Made by a program: the position numbers and the translations under genes. Below are positions 1-13,878 of a stretch of 64,000 nt of DNA, in pieces (positions within the stretch are counted from its first letter, which is position 1; each line of letters starts with the position of its first letter). Under the pieces are notes generated by a model. That model was not told the origin of the DNA and ran no database searches. It worked only from the letters and a program-made list of their open reading frames with translations. The DNA is taken from assembly GCF_963921235.1 (NCBI RefSeq), contig NC_086117.1, positions 25,730,001-25,794,000 on the forward strand. The letters are read 5' to 3'. The DNA is from Mobula hypostoma. Taxonomy: Eukaryota.

Positions 1-3000
1 CAATCACAATTTCCACTTCAATATAGAATGTGCAGGTACTTTTTAATCAAGTAATCACTAATATTTAATATTATGGAATATCCTGTGTAAATGAATGGAC
101 TCTTTTAAAAAGGTGTGTGCATGTAGTCAGGTCTTAGTCAAATAACTTTTTTGTGAAAAATCAGGTCACTGTATTTAGTTAGGCAAGATTTTTCTCATTG
201 ATATTTTTCTTCTCCCAGTAGGGATAGGTAGATTTGCAACAAATAAATGCAGCTTAGTGTTTTATATGGTGACTGTAATTGGCTTTTAGGTTTTAAAATC
301 GTTATTGCTTGAAACATATAGCAAAAGCTTAGAATATTACTTTATTCACAACCGATTCCTACTTAAACTAGTATGTTTTATCATTCCATTTCTAGCCTTC
401 TGTTTGGGGAGATGAATGTGTATCATTCTGTCTACGTTTTTTCCATTTATTTTGGCCATTTCATTATCTTAATGTTTTGGGACTAAATAGTTAACAATGT
501 GAAATACTTTATCGGTGCTGTAATTTTTTTTGTATACCTGAACTCTAGTTTATCTTCGGAAAGAGTGGTGGAGGCTGAGTTGATGTTGCACCCTACCCTG
601 AGCAGTAATTTAAGCTAACAATGCTATAATCAAAAGGGTCTAGGTATTTAACATCTCTAAAAACATGGTGCTGAAGACCATTTGTACCGTCATGTAAATG
701 CTGGGTTTTAGCAAGAGTTAGTGAGTCCTCCACCTCCATTGATGTTTGAGACTTGCAATTGAATTCACCTCAGCGTGATGCAATCAAAGCCTCTGCTCAT
801 TCTGAGTGACCAGACATTTATTTCCAATTTAACTCTTTACAAAAAAGTTTTTAGAGCTAGAAGTTTTGTTATGGGAAACAAGTGTCAAGGGCATTTTGGA
901 TCAAAGTACACATTGGATTGTGTAGTTTTGTTTTCCTAGCAATGCAGCAGCTTTCTCCATTAATCACAATTCTTCAAAGTTTTCTTCTCCTCTCCCCCCC
1001 CCCCCTCATGAGTGACACTATGTACCATCAGCATGCAGGGAAATTGGTAAAGTGAGTAGTAACTTGAGACTGGTAATATGGGTCAAGTATCCAAACTGAA
1101 TATTTAAAGCAAATCAATCTGCTTGAAACTTATTTTAACCAGAATGGAATTGGACTCTTGAAGAAGAAATAATAATAAATCTCCTGTGCCTCTGGGGTAA
1201 AAGTAAGCTGCTATCTAATTTAGACTTTGGTTTGAAACTATCTTAAGCTGGTTGAACAATTCTCTGTAAGGCATCAACTTTAAAGGAAATGTGCATCAAT
1301 GTTCCAATTGTATTTTATGGCAAATACAATGCTTGCCTGTCATAATGTTTTCTTTGCTGTGGTCTTTGCCTGCTTTAGTGATAATAGGTGAGGAGTTGTA
1401 GTGAGTGGAGACACAAACTGGTAAGTTGGATATAGAGTCCTGGTTTGTTTCTAATACATCCTTACAGTCAAGGTAAACTATTTGTAAAGAAAAACTAACA
1501 AGATAGACTGTCCCCTTTTCCACCTCCTCTGGGTGAATGGAATGGATGACTGTTGTAGTCTAAACAAAGGGTATATTTGCATTCCAGTCCTGGAATGGGC
1601 TGAAGACTGTAATTCTTGGTCACATTAAGGTTTCTTTCTATTTGTGAAGCTTGCACATAAACCAGGATTCTGCCTCAATTGATGCAACATTAGGCCAGGA
1701 GCCTGAAATACAGTTCAGGTGAGATAAGTGAGGTACTGATCCTTGAAGGACTACCACAAAAGGTAAGACTGCTACTCGTACAAAGCAACTTAAAAATTGG
1801 TGGCATGCACCTTCTAAAGATTTTATTATATTCACAAACACAATGTCTAAGTATATTGGCAATGACATATTTATGAAGTAAATACTAAAAGCATTAGGGG
1901 CCAATAGCTTCAAAGTATATAGTATACTGTATACAAGAGATTTGTCTTGCAAGCAGCCACAAAACAAAAGCAATAGAATAGATTTAAAAAAAATAAAGAC
2001 CATTAAACACCATGTGTGTGGGAGGTGTGGGGGGGGGGGACAAATTGTGTGCAAACAAAAGTAAACAAGTAACACATAGAATATTGACCAGAATCCCGCT
2101 TGAGTCCACAGCCATGGAGCCAGTTCAGCAACCGCGGGGCTGCTGGCCATAGACACCCATGTTCAGCGCTGAGTTGAGTGCCGATGACGGCAAGCCACAG
2201 TGCCTTCAGTGCTGAAGTGAGTAAACCTCATAGGGTAGCAAGCTGAACACCGGTTCATCTATTGGTCTTGGCATCTTAATCAAATTGCACAAATAGTAAA
2301 ATAAAATAAAGAAAAACACATGGAACATCTCCACAGATGAGTTCCCCTAAGCCTGTCCAGGGCAACAACTGCGCCCAAATCTGGCTATGTGGAAACCAAA
2401 ACCTGCACCTCCTGCCCAACGGAAGTAGCAAGAGAGGGCAGGAGGCACTGAACACCAGTTTGTTTTCCACTCCTGTCAATTTTAATCTTGCTCAAATCTT
2501 TAATTGGAGTAATAGAGCTGACCACAGTTTAATATTTTCACAAAAGCAATGAATCTAAATGGAGCACCAACAGTGTTTTGTCAATGAACAGTCAACTCTA
2601 TTTGTATTTTAATAGCAGATACTAGAAATATGAAATTAAGACAAATGCTGTTAATGATCAGACCAAGTGTGGCAAGAAACTTGCTATTTCAAATGCTGAT
2701 TCTGTTGAAAGTTAATTTATCTGTTTCCAGCTAGTACCTGACCTGTGGTGTTTTAATTATCTCTTATTTTTACTGAAGTGCTGGGTGACAAAAATTAATA
2801 GTAGGCATCATAATTGAAACTGAACACCTTCACAGCAAGATTTCTAGTTTTAATCACTGACTTGTGAAAGACTGATGTCAAATAGATTTGCTTTAAAGTC
2901 GCTGCTTTTGATTGCAGCAGAAATAGCACAATTCTGTAAATATTGCTGAAGTTTAGAGATGACCAAACTTAAAAGATACATAAAGTATCTAGTAGCCACC

Positions 3001-5022
3001 TCAAACTACACCTTTTAAAATATACCAAAAGCAATTTGTGTAATTGTAATTTTTCTATATTTAGAACCTTGCAACTTTTTTCTTGGCCACCTAGCAATGT
3101 TACTTTATTTTTACGTAGGTCCTTTGGGTAATTGTGGTGTAAGTAACTCGCTTCTGCTCTCTACTTCAGAGACAATAAGGCACTTTGTCCCTCCCTAGAT
3201 TTACCTAAGCACAAAGCCTTTGATTAGAAACTGCAAATTCTTAGGAAAGCAACCCTCCATTCCATTTAACTATTATCATTTAGTGCATGAACTGGTATGT
3301 GGTATTTTAGTAAAAACAGCTATCAGGCAAGTGAATTAAATACATTGTCAGCATTAAACAGGCATGGATGCTCTTGGCAGTCCTATTTCATGCATATTTA
3401 TAGAATAAATAACTTGTAGCCCATTGTCTAGTGTCATTTTCCTAATGAGTTAAGAAGCAATCGCTTAAATTCAACCATTAGCTTAGTAACTAAGTACAAA
3501 AAGTTCAAAGTACATTTGTTATTGAAGTATGTATACTATTTACAACATTGTACGCCTCCTTACAAGCAGCTACAAAACAAACATCCCCATTTTTTAAAAA
3601 AACTAAAGAAATGGTACTTTATAGTAGCTAAAATTCATTCAGCTACTTTCTCTCCACCCCCTTTCCATTACCCATACTCTTGCAGATTTTCCCCTTAAAG
3701 AGTAGCCCACTACCATTGGACCTACTTTGATATGTATATTGAACCAGCAGAGATCAAAGGGCTAAATGCCTTTGTGCAAGGTCAGAATGTACATTGTCTT
3801 GCAGAATGCAAAAATCAATCAAACTTGGCCATTACAGTTAATGTTTTACAGCTCAATTCTTGTTGGTATAAAAATACAGCCTGCAAGCACTTTGGGCAAG
3901 ATAGAGTTGGTGATTTCCACATCTCCTCTTCTACCCCTTAACTAGCTATCTGGAGTTGCAGCATTAATTGTACAGTAAGGATAGGTAGCAAACTAATGAT
4001 GTACTAATATCATTACAATAGCACCGAACAAGGCTGCCTGCATTCTTATGACTGCAACAATTCAATGCCAATATTTAAAATACAAGATAATTTTACAAAT
4101 CATCTTTAAAAGCATGAAATACAGTATATATTCCAGATAACTGATTACCTAGGTGATTTGCAGCATCGACCATGAGTACAAGTCCCAAGTCATTTTGAAT
4201 ACTCTATATTTGTATACAAAGATGTGCTGTTCTGCATTCCAGCAATTTAATTATGTTGAATAACTTCATCTGGTACTTACAACTGGCAAAAGTAGTTGGA
4301 TCAGATCAGAAAAGTCAGGTTTATTGCTGGAGAATGGCCATCAAATATAGGAACAGGAGACAAGCATCTAGATGAGATGGGTAAGTCTCTGAGATGAGAA
4401 GGAGCCACATGAACTCCCAATTACTAATCACCAGCTTGCAAATTGATGGTATCAGTAGGTATTAGTATGCAAGGAGAGTACATTGCATAACAAGGAGGTG
4501 GTGGCGAATCGTAGTTCAGTGCCCCGTGGCCGGGGAGGCCAAGAATTTGGGTACAGTTAAACTGGAGGTTGATAGGCTATTAATTAGTAAGGGTGTGGAA
4601 GATCATGGGGGAAAGGCAGAAAATGGGTTTGAGAAGGAAAATGAATTGGCCATAATCAAATGGCTGAGCAGATTCAATGGCCTGAATGGTCTAACTGCAT
4701 GTTTCCAGAGGGAAAGGCACCAGAACAGGGAAACTGAAGAAAAGGCACCATTGTAGCCACTTGTGGATGGAGTTAGTCTGAAAACAAGCAACTTCCATTG
4801 ATTGAACAAGCCTAAGCAACATTAATAGCATTTTCCTAGAAATATTTAGGCAATTAAAAAAATAATTCTGGTCAATAAGTACCCATGGAAAGGTACCTGA
4901 CAGCATTTGGCAAATACCAACTCTTACATCATGATCAAATGGTAATCTTATGCCTGGATGCCAGTTAATGATTATATGGCCAAGGGCAACTGAAGTCCAT
5001 TCAACTTCAATACCCTACTGCT

Positions 5023-5238
5023 TCAGAGTTTTGAGCCATGTGTCCGCATGAGCAGATCCCTTGCATCAACTAGTGCCTGCTCCAAGTAGTGGGCGAGCTT
5101 TGCTGCATTAGTCTCTGCACAGCTGTTGAAAGCAGATACCGCGAAGTTGATGTGGTTGTCCATAGGATTGTAGCACACGCCATAACCATCTGGCACCACA
5201 GGCCCAAAGCACATCAGGCAATCTGTCTTCGCAGGAAC
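5023..5238 (-). CDS. CRAT: CRAT exon 14 (VPAKTDCLMCFGPVVPDGYGVCY...THGSKL*), C-terminal PTS1
   Basis: FGPVVPDGYG motif; ends GGC TCA AAA CTC TGA. Confidence 0.97.
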   Translation of the reverse strand, partial: VPAKTDCLMCFGPVVPDGYGVCYNPMDNHINFAVSAFNSCAETNAAKLAHYLEQALVDARDLLMRTHGSKL

Positions 5239-7185
5239 CTGCAGAGGATACATTAACAGACACTTCAGCTGGCATCCTTAAAGTACAGACCCATGGAAGG
5301 GAGTTTAATGTGTAGGTTGTCAGGATCCCTTCACTACCTCAAGCATCTGTTCTAACCACCATGTACCTTACTGATATTTCTCCCTTTCATCCTGTTTCCT
5401 CGAAGTTTTTCTCCACATCTCCAGGCTGAAGACACCCAACTGTTGGTTCAGGATTTTTAAAAAATGACATTATCAAATCAAGGACAGCCTGGGGATAATA
5501 ACCTGTGGTTTGTGTTTGGTCAGATACTCTGCTGAGTTTAAATGTTTAACGTGGCCATCAACAGGAGCTCCAGACAGCTTTCAATCCCAAAACAGCCATC
5601 AAGTTAATATGGATGGAAGCAGGGCTTTCAACACAACGCATCCATGCCTTCTAAAATGCCAATCTGAGCAAGTCCCATGTCCTTTCAATGTTTTTTTAAA
5701 ATTTGTGACCTGTCTAAATGTCTTTTAAATAGTATAATTATACCTGCCTCTACAGCATTTCTTGACCCATCCCCTCTGGATAAAGTTTCTCCTTGGGTCC
5801 CTTTCAGATCTTTCCCTTCTCTTAACTCTATGGCCTCTGGTTTTAGAGACCTCTACCCTGGGGGAAAAAGCCTGCCGGTGTACACCTTATTCATGACCCT
5901 CTTAAATTCATATATCTCAAAGGCCACACCTTAACCTCTTACACTCCAGAGAGAAAATGTTCACGCCTATTTTAATCCCAGTGTAAGATTAAGATTAGCT
6001 TTTTGTCATTATGTCAATGCATTTTTTGTGTGTCACCACCATAGCATGCCTGCAACTTACCCAACCTGTACGTCTTTTTGGAATGTGGGAGGAAATGAAA
6101 CACTCTAAAGCTCATGGAACCCAGAACAATCAAACGCCTTAGTTACTGGTGGGAATAGAACCTTTATCGATCTTTACAGCTGACATTGTAAAGCTTTGTA
6201 CTAACTGCTATGCTACCATGCTACCTGTAACATCCTCATGAATCTTTCTGCACCCTTTTCAGTTTAATAACATCCTTCTCACCAATGGCTTGTACAGTTG
6301 CAATAAGGTGTCTTACCTTTTGTACTCACTGCACTAACCCAATGAGGCAAAATATACCAGACACCTTCACCCTGTACCCTTCTGTCTCACCAGGGCCGTA
6401 CCATTTACTGTGCAAGTTCTGCCCTGATTTAACTAACCAAAATGCAACACCTCAAACTTGTCCAAGTTAAAATCCATCTGCCATTCCTTCCCCAGATGAT
6501 CTAGATTCTGTGGTAATTCTCCAATTGTCATCCAAATTGTTAACGTAGATGGACCCAGCACCGATCATTGTAGCACACCACTGGTTACAGGTCTTCAATC
6601 TGAACAACACTCCACTACCATCCTTTGTCTCCTGCCATCAAACCAATTTTGTATTCAATTGACTACCTCATCCTGTAGCCCATGTGATCTACTATGCAAT
6701 ACCTTGTGAAAAGGTTTGCTAAATTCCATGTAGACATCATCTACTGCCCTGCTCTCATCAATCATCTTCACTCAAAAAAAAACCTCAAATTAGTGAGGCA
6801 GGATGTTCCCATACAAAAAGGGTGACTTATCCCTCATCAGTGCCTACCTTTGCAAATGCTGGTAGATTCTGTCTCTCTGAATCCCCTCCACTACTTTTCC
6901 TACCCCTGATGTTAGGGTCACTGGCCTGAAGTTCCCTGACTTTGTCCTTGTAGGCCTTGAATAAAAGATTATGCAAATATCTCTGCCAGGTTCATGGCAA
7001 TTTGTCATAGGAAATCCTTCATTAGGCCCGAGGGATTTATCCAGTTTACTTTCAGTAAGACTAACAGCACTTAAGTTGGATTTGTTCTGAAATCACTTAT
7101 TTCCCTTGATTCCCAAGCCTCCATGACCATAATACATATGAGAAATATTAATTTAACATGTCACCCATCTCAAGGCTCTACCCCT

Positions 7186-8217
7186 AGTGCCTAAAAAGTA
7201 TTCTTTTGGAAGTTTTGATGTTTTGTTGTTTTAAAGCATTGAATCACAGTGGATTTAATTTGGCTTTTTTTTAAACATTGATCAACAGAAAACTTTCTTG
7301 TCAAAGTGAAAACATTTCTACAAATTGGTCTAAATTTATTAATTATTAAACAAAATAATTGATTGCGGCCAAAAAGTTCTATTCAAAAGGTTCAAAGGAA
7401 AACGAGCCTGATGCATTTTGGAAACAAGTCCTGTGGACTGATGAAGTTAAAATAGAACTTTTTGGCCGCAATGAGCAAAGGTATGTTTGGAGAAAAAAGG
7501 GTGCAGAATTTCATGAAAAGAACACCTCTCCAACTGTTAAGCACAGGGGTGGATCAATCATGCTTTGGGCTTGTGTTGCAGCCAGTGGCATGGGGAACAT
7601 TTACTGGTAGAGGGAAGAATGAATTCAATTAAATACCAGCAAATTCTGGAAGCAAACATCACACCGTCTGTATATAAAAAAAAGCCAAAGATGAAAAGAG
7701 GATGGCTTCTGCAACAGGATAATGAACCTAAACACACCTCAAAATCCACAATGGACTACCTCGAGGTGCAAGCTGAAGGTTTTGCCATGGCCCTCACGGT
7801 CCCCTGACCTAAACATCGAGAATCTGGATAGACCTCAAAAGAGCAGTGCATGCAAGATGGCCCAAGAATCTCTCAGAACTAGAAGCTTTTTGCAAGGAAG
7901 AATGGGCAAAAATCCCCCAAACAAGAATTGAAAGACTTAGCTGGCTACAGAAAGCATTTACAAGCTGTGATACTTGCCAAAGGGGGTGTTACTAAGTACT
8001 GCCATGCAGGGTGCCCAAACTTTTGTTTCGGGCCCTTTTCCTTTTTTGTTATTTTGAAACTGTAAAAGATGGAAGTAAGTTTTCTTGCTTAAAATATTAA
8101 AGAAATGTGTCATCTTTAACTTTATGCCTTTTGGAAATCAGTTCATCTTTACTCGCTTAGCTATTCATAGTAACAGAAATTTTGACCAGGGGTGCCCAAA
8201 CTTTTGCATGCCACAGT
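7186..8217 (+). mobile_element. Decayed Tc1-like transposon (DDE domain fragment)
   Basis: Frameshifted ORFs contain WTDEVKIELFG, VKHRGGSIMLW, QQDNEPKH and WPSRSPDLN-IEN. The right end has two GGGTGCCCAAACTTTTG direct repeats (about 8009 and 8190) and ends before TA. Confidence 0.9.
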
Positions 8218-9252
8218 ATATCCTCAAGGAGGCCTAGTTGCCCTTTTGCTCTAAATATACTTGTAAAATATCACAGGAATTTCCTTTATTGTATCTTCTA
8301 AAGTTGTGTTATTTCCTTTTTGTTTCCTTGATTTGCCTCGTGTATTCCTACATCTCCAATACTAAAAGGATTTACTGGAACTCAGCTGTCTATATTTGAA
8401 ATAAGCTTCCTTTTTCTTGGCCAGTGTGTCAATATCTTCTGGCAAACAGGTTTCTTTAATCCTGCTGGCCTTGCCTTTCACTTTAACAAGAATATTCTGC
8501 CCTGAATTCTCCCCATCTCACTTAAAGAAAACTTGTACTTGCAAACAGCCTCTCTCAAAACAACCTTTGCAAGTTCCTGCCTAATTTCTTCAAACTTTGC
8601 CTGGCCCCAATTTAGGATTTTTAATAAGTAGATGAGTACTGTCTTTCTGAACAAATATTTTTAATTAGTAATAGAATTACAGTCACTATTCCCAAGGTGC
8701 TCTCCTACTAAAAGTTGTCACTTACCCAGCCTCATTTTCATTGAGGTAGAGTGTTTGATTTTGTCCCACCCAACTTTATCATATCGTTCGTTCTCAGAGA
8801 AACTGAACTTCAACCTCCAATGAAATCATTAATCATCAGTTTCACTGCTAGTGCTGGAGATTACAACCCTTGTTAAACATCACCAAAATCTCTAGCTTTT
8901 CCTTTGGTCTTAAGGTATAACTTTGAAAAGCATGAAAGTTATTCATTATCTTTTGTTAACATTTATACCTGAACTAACATCAGAAAAATGATTCATCCAA
9001 TCACTCATTCTGTTGTATTGCAGGAAATTCAACAGCTCACTTCACAAAGCCAATGACCATGAATGACTATGTTTCACAAATTGCTTAAGTGCTTGGAAAA
9101 CATTCTGGGGCATCCCAGATTGCAACAGAAACAGAAGTTTGATCTTTTCTTTTTCCATTGAGACATGACTATATCAGAGTGATGTTGATTCCTCTGCAGA
9201 TTCATGTACTATTTTGTTACTTACTGAACAAGGAGAAAACAGAACGCCTCAC

Positions 9253-9390
9253 CTGGCTGCTTGATAAATTGAAATGAAAGGCAGCAGCATAGGATGTGTC
9301 CATGAATATCTCTGGGACTCGAACCAGCTCTTCTATCGCCTGAAGTTTAAGGCCCAATAGATGTCTATCAATTGCTTGGCCTCTTATTGC
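9253..9390 (-). CDS. CRAT: CRAT exon 13 (AIRGQAIDRHLLGLKLQA...HFNLSSSQ)
   Basis: DRHLLGL motif; 138 nt; donor GTGAGG. Confidence 0.96.
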
Positions 9391-9845
9391 CTGAAAATAA
9401 AATGATCACCTATTATATACACAATGGTACTTTGTACCACAGCAGCCTATCTGTAGCTATAAAACCTCTTTTACAAATTCCACTTCCTATCTTCTCACGA
9501 GCTTCACTCCTATGTCATTACTACCCCCTTACCACTGAGTTTATACAGCCATAACATAGCATTGCTAATAACTATGTGAATTATCTAATTTGTCACTGAA
9601 CAGGTCATGTTGTATAAGATGGCAAACTATAGTTAACAGTCCTTCCCAATTAACTGATTGATTTATATCATTCCCCACCCTTCAGACAATAATAATGCCT
9701 TGAGTAATGACAGGATTGATTTGGAAGTGCTTCATGAACAAAGGATGGGCGTTCAGTCATTTTGGTTTACAATTAACGATTATTAGAGGAGGAAAGGTAC
9801 ATCTGGGAACGAGAAATGTCGAGCACAGATCAATAATTTCCTTAC

Positions 9846-9908
9846 CAGGTCTGTATAAGTTCTGTGTGCTGTGACAGCTTTTCTCATCAAGGCCACTTTA
9901 TTGTGATC
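9846..9908 (-). CDS. CRAT: CRAT exon 12 (DHNKVALMRKAVTAHRTYTDL)
   Basis: 63 nt; aligns to human EHQKVELLRKAVQAHRGYTDR; donor GTAAGG. Confidence 0.93.
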
Positions 9909-10879
9909 CTAAATAAAGAATCAAAACAACTTATAGTTGCACTATAAATCAAAAGTTTTATCACAGAACCTAAAGCAGACAGCAGCCAAGTCAGCAATTG
10001 ATAAGGAAGAAAACAACAGGTCACATTTCCTTAAACTGAGGACTTGCTCATGTTTTGGTGACCTGGATTGAAAACAATAGTTATTGGGTTTTTTTTAAAA
10101 AAAAAAGAAATCATGATCAGAGTTTTAAAGGAGAGAAAGCTGGATGGAGAAGGTTTAGGAATTAAATCTGAGAATTTAGAACCCAGACATCTATCAATAC
10201 TGAACTCCCCCAGTGCTGGGGAAGCAGCAAGACTATGGAGGGTTTGAAAAGAATGTAATTTTAAATGACATGTTGTCAAACAGAGTTGAAGAAGTTTGGA
10301 GGGTACTGGGTTAATAGGTCGGTATAGTTTGATCCAGGTTAGGAAACAGCATACATGATGGGAGATGCTCAACCTATTGTACATATTACAACACAGAAGC
10401 AGCCCATTTGCACCTTGCTCTTATTTGTCACGTTCCCTCATCCCCCTGCAACTTACTCTCTCACATACAGTAAGCCAATCAATTTCCCATTGATTCTTTT
10501 TAATATTAACCTACACAAGTAGGTCATTTAGAGTAGCCAATTTACCCATTATATCTTCAGGCTGTGAGGGGAGACCAGAGCGCTCAGGAAAACCCCATGG
10601 TTTACAGAGAAAATACAAACTCTTGATCAGACAGTACCAGTGTCAGGAGTGAACCCAGGTCCATGCTGCACCAGCATGAAGAACTGTTACGCCAACACGA
10701 GTGAATTGCCATAGTACATAGGCCTAAGAATTGGGTAAGAAAACTTAGCTTCTTCAGGGAGGAAAGCAAATGTAGCTGGGCGAGGAAGTGTTCAGAAATT
10801 AACAATACACCTGTGAGGTAGTTGATAGCATAGCTCTGTTATTGAACCAGCAACCAGAGACCTGTACAACTGAAATAGT

Positions 10880-12150
10880 AGCAACACACATAAAAGTTGC
10901 TGGTGAACGCAGCAGGCCAGGCAGCATCTCTAGGAAGAGGTACAGTCGACGTTTTGGGTTGAGACCCTTCCTGGGCCCTCAGAGGCCCCCTCTCCACTGA
11001 CACCCCCAGCCTCCCCCCTCCCCCCTCTGATCCCAGCTCTCATCCGTGCTGAGTCTTTACCATCCCCTCTGACCTTCAACTGTCTGAGGCAGAACGCTCT
11101 GTCAGAACCTTTGTCCCCCTTCACCCACACCTCAGCGAGTTCCGTGTTCGCCATGATGTGGAACTCTTCCTCTGCCGTCTCCGAGCCTACTTCTTCAGCA
11201 AGGACTCTTCTATCCCCACCGATGACCCCTTCTCCTGTCTTCAACCCTCCTCCTCTTCATGGACACCCCGCTCTGGTCTTCTGCCTCCTCTGGATCTCTT
11301 TGTTGCTAACTGCTGAAGGGACATCAACCGTCTCGACTTCACCGCACCTTGTTCCCATTCCAATCTTACTCCTTCTGAACACTCTGCTCTCCACTCCCTC
11401 CGCATTAATCCTAACCTTACTATTAAACCTGCCGATAAGGGGGGCTGCTGTTGTAGTCTGGCGTACTGACCTCTACCTTGCCGAGGCACAGCGACAACTC
11501 GCGGACACCTCCTCTTATTTACCCCTCGATCGTGACCCCGCTAAGGAGCACCAGGCCATTGTCTCCCACACCATCACCGACTTTATCCGCTCAGGGGATT
11601 TCCCATCCACTGCTACCAACCTTATAGTTCCCACGCCTTGTACTTCCTGTTTCTACCTCCTACCCAAGATCCACAAACCTGCCTGTCCTGGCAGACCTAT
11701 TGTCTCAGCTTGCTCCTGCCCCACCGAACTCGTTTCAGCATACCTTGACACGGTTTTATCCCCCCTTGTTCAATCCCTTCCTACCTATGTTCATGACACT
11801 TCTCACACTCTTAAACTTTTCGATGATTTTAAGTTCCCTGGCCCCCACCGCTTTATTTTCACCATGGATGTCCAGTCCCTATATACTTCCATCCCCCATC
11901 AGGAAGGTCTCAAAGCTCTCCGCTTCTTTTTGGATTCCAGACCTAGTCAGTTCCCCTCTACCACCACTCTGCTCTGTCTAGCGGAATTGGTCCTTACTCT
12001 TAATAATTTCTCCTTTGTTTTTTAAGGAAGGGTCTCGGCCTGAAATGTCGACTGTACCTCTTCCTAGAGATGCTGCCTGGCCTGCTGCATTCACCAACAA
12101 CTTTTATGTGTGTTGCTTGAATTTCCAGCATCTGCAGAATTCCTCGTGTT
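10880..12150 (+). mobile_element. Penelope-like retroelement fragment with inverted terminal repeats
   Basis: ORF 11111..12025 has YLLPKIHK, GRPIVS, MDVQSLYTSIP and LNNFSF (PLE reverse transcriptase). About 90-bp inverted repeats at 10881-10970 and 12027-12116. Flanking direct repeat AACTGAAATAGT at 10868-10879 and 12151-12162. Confidence 0.9.
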
Positions 12151-13742
12151 AACTGAAATAGTGTCAAGCATTTGAATCTTACCTGGCAGCTGGGGAAATT
12201 TAATGCAAGTAACTAAAATCTGGAATTCAAGACTGATATCGGAATTTGTAATAGTCCCAATAAAGCCTCCAAATTGCTGCAAAAATCCCATATATCTGAC
12301 CAATGACCTTTAGGGAAAAAATCTACTCCCCTTACCCAGTCTAATCTAAACACCCTCCAGTTTGATCAATTTAGTTACATCAGTTTGGGGATAATTAATT
12401 AAAAAGTTCAAAGTTAATTTTGTTGCAGGCATTCACATTAGAACAGAGAGATGCAATAGAATCTGGAAAACTACACAAAGACTGACAAGCAATCAATCTA
12501 CAAAAGATGACAATCTGTAAATATATTTTTAAAAAGATAATTAATTAATACTGAGAACATGGGTCATAGAGTCCTTGAAAACAAGTCCACAGGTTGTGAA
12601 TTCAGTTCAGTGTTGAGATGAGTGAAGTTGTTCATGCTGGTTCAGGAGCCTGATGGTTGAAGGGTAATAATAAACACTAACACTTCTAAAAATATCTATC
12701 TCCCATAAATAAATAAAAAGGATCATCAGATTCGCAAACCACTGTGCCTTGCAACAGAAGAGATGGCCAATCAATTCCTGCTGGTACTCTTTAAACTCTA
12801 CGTGACCTTGGCAGAACTTGTGTGTCCATCTCATTCATCTATTGGATGTATTCTCTTGTCACTGCAGCTCAGTTTTACCTCAATCAGCACATGGTCAACA
12901 TCGCCTAAGACACCACACCAGTGTAATTCTGAGGCAATGTACATTAATGAAAACAACACCAACTTAAACTGACACTGGTCTGCTCTCCTGACTGAATGCC
13001 AATGATCCCACAATCATTACTTTGAAGAAAAACGAAGGCATTCTTTTCAACTTGCTGCTAATTATTGATTCTACTCCCCTAAAGCCAATGTGTATTGCTG
13101 TGTGCAAGTTGGCTGCTGTATTTCTAATTTGCAGAGTCAGGAGCTAATGCAAGTCAAAGGCCGGAGAAATTGGGAGTGGGATAGGGAGCAGCAAACATTA
13201 TATGTAAAATGTATGCATTCGAAAAAGTCTCTTCTCCCCCAACAATCAATTTAAACAGACTTTTAAAAATGTGTAATCGGACAAAACAAAGGTGGCCATT
13301 AGGCCCATCATGTCATTGTTCTGGTTCTGCGAATGATCAATTTTACACTTTTCCTGGGTTTTCATCACAACTCTATATCCTTTCATCCCTCACTTTATTT
13401 ATCTAACACCCTTTCCACATTTTCTGTTTAAGTGACTCCATCACTCTTACAACTTCTCCCCATCGCTGATGCTTTTGTAAAGTGTCACATACTCAGGGCA
13501 TCAAGTAATGAAATGCTAGGACAATTGAGCAGTCCAACATCTGGTATACAATGGACACAACCTTTTCTTTATCAAATCCTTTTAGTATCATCACACTTTT
13601 TCTGAATACTTATTGCTAATAATGTTTGAATCCGTGAATTGGAGATGATGTGAGAAAATAAAGCTTTCAAATTATGTCAAGCTTCTCTGCTCCAAGTGGT
13701 TTTGTTTGTGATAGGAATGTGGCATTTTAGAGATACGAGTAC

Positions 13743-13878
13743 CTGTTCCTGTGGGTCATCCATGGCATGTACAAAGACTGAGGATTCGACTGAGGCTGAG
13801 CGAATTGTGTCAGTGCGCCCAAGGTGAAACTTCCGCAGGGACGCACTTTCATAGGTTGCACACTGCATGCCGTATATC
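13743..13878 (-). CDS. CRAT: CRAT exon 11 (IYGMQCATYESASLRKFHLGRTDTIRS...DDPQEQ)
   Basis: TYESAS...GRTDTIRS carnitine-binding motif; 136 nt. Confidence 0.96.

Noticed and set aside
1638-2156. 172-aa hydrophobic ORF as a possible membrane protein or DOLPP1 exon
   Set aside because: Derived partly from a repeat and T-rich sequence; no phosphatase motif.
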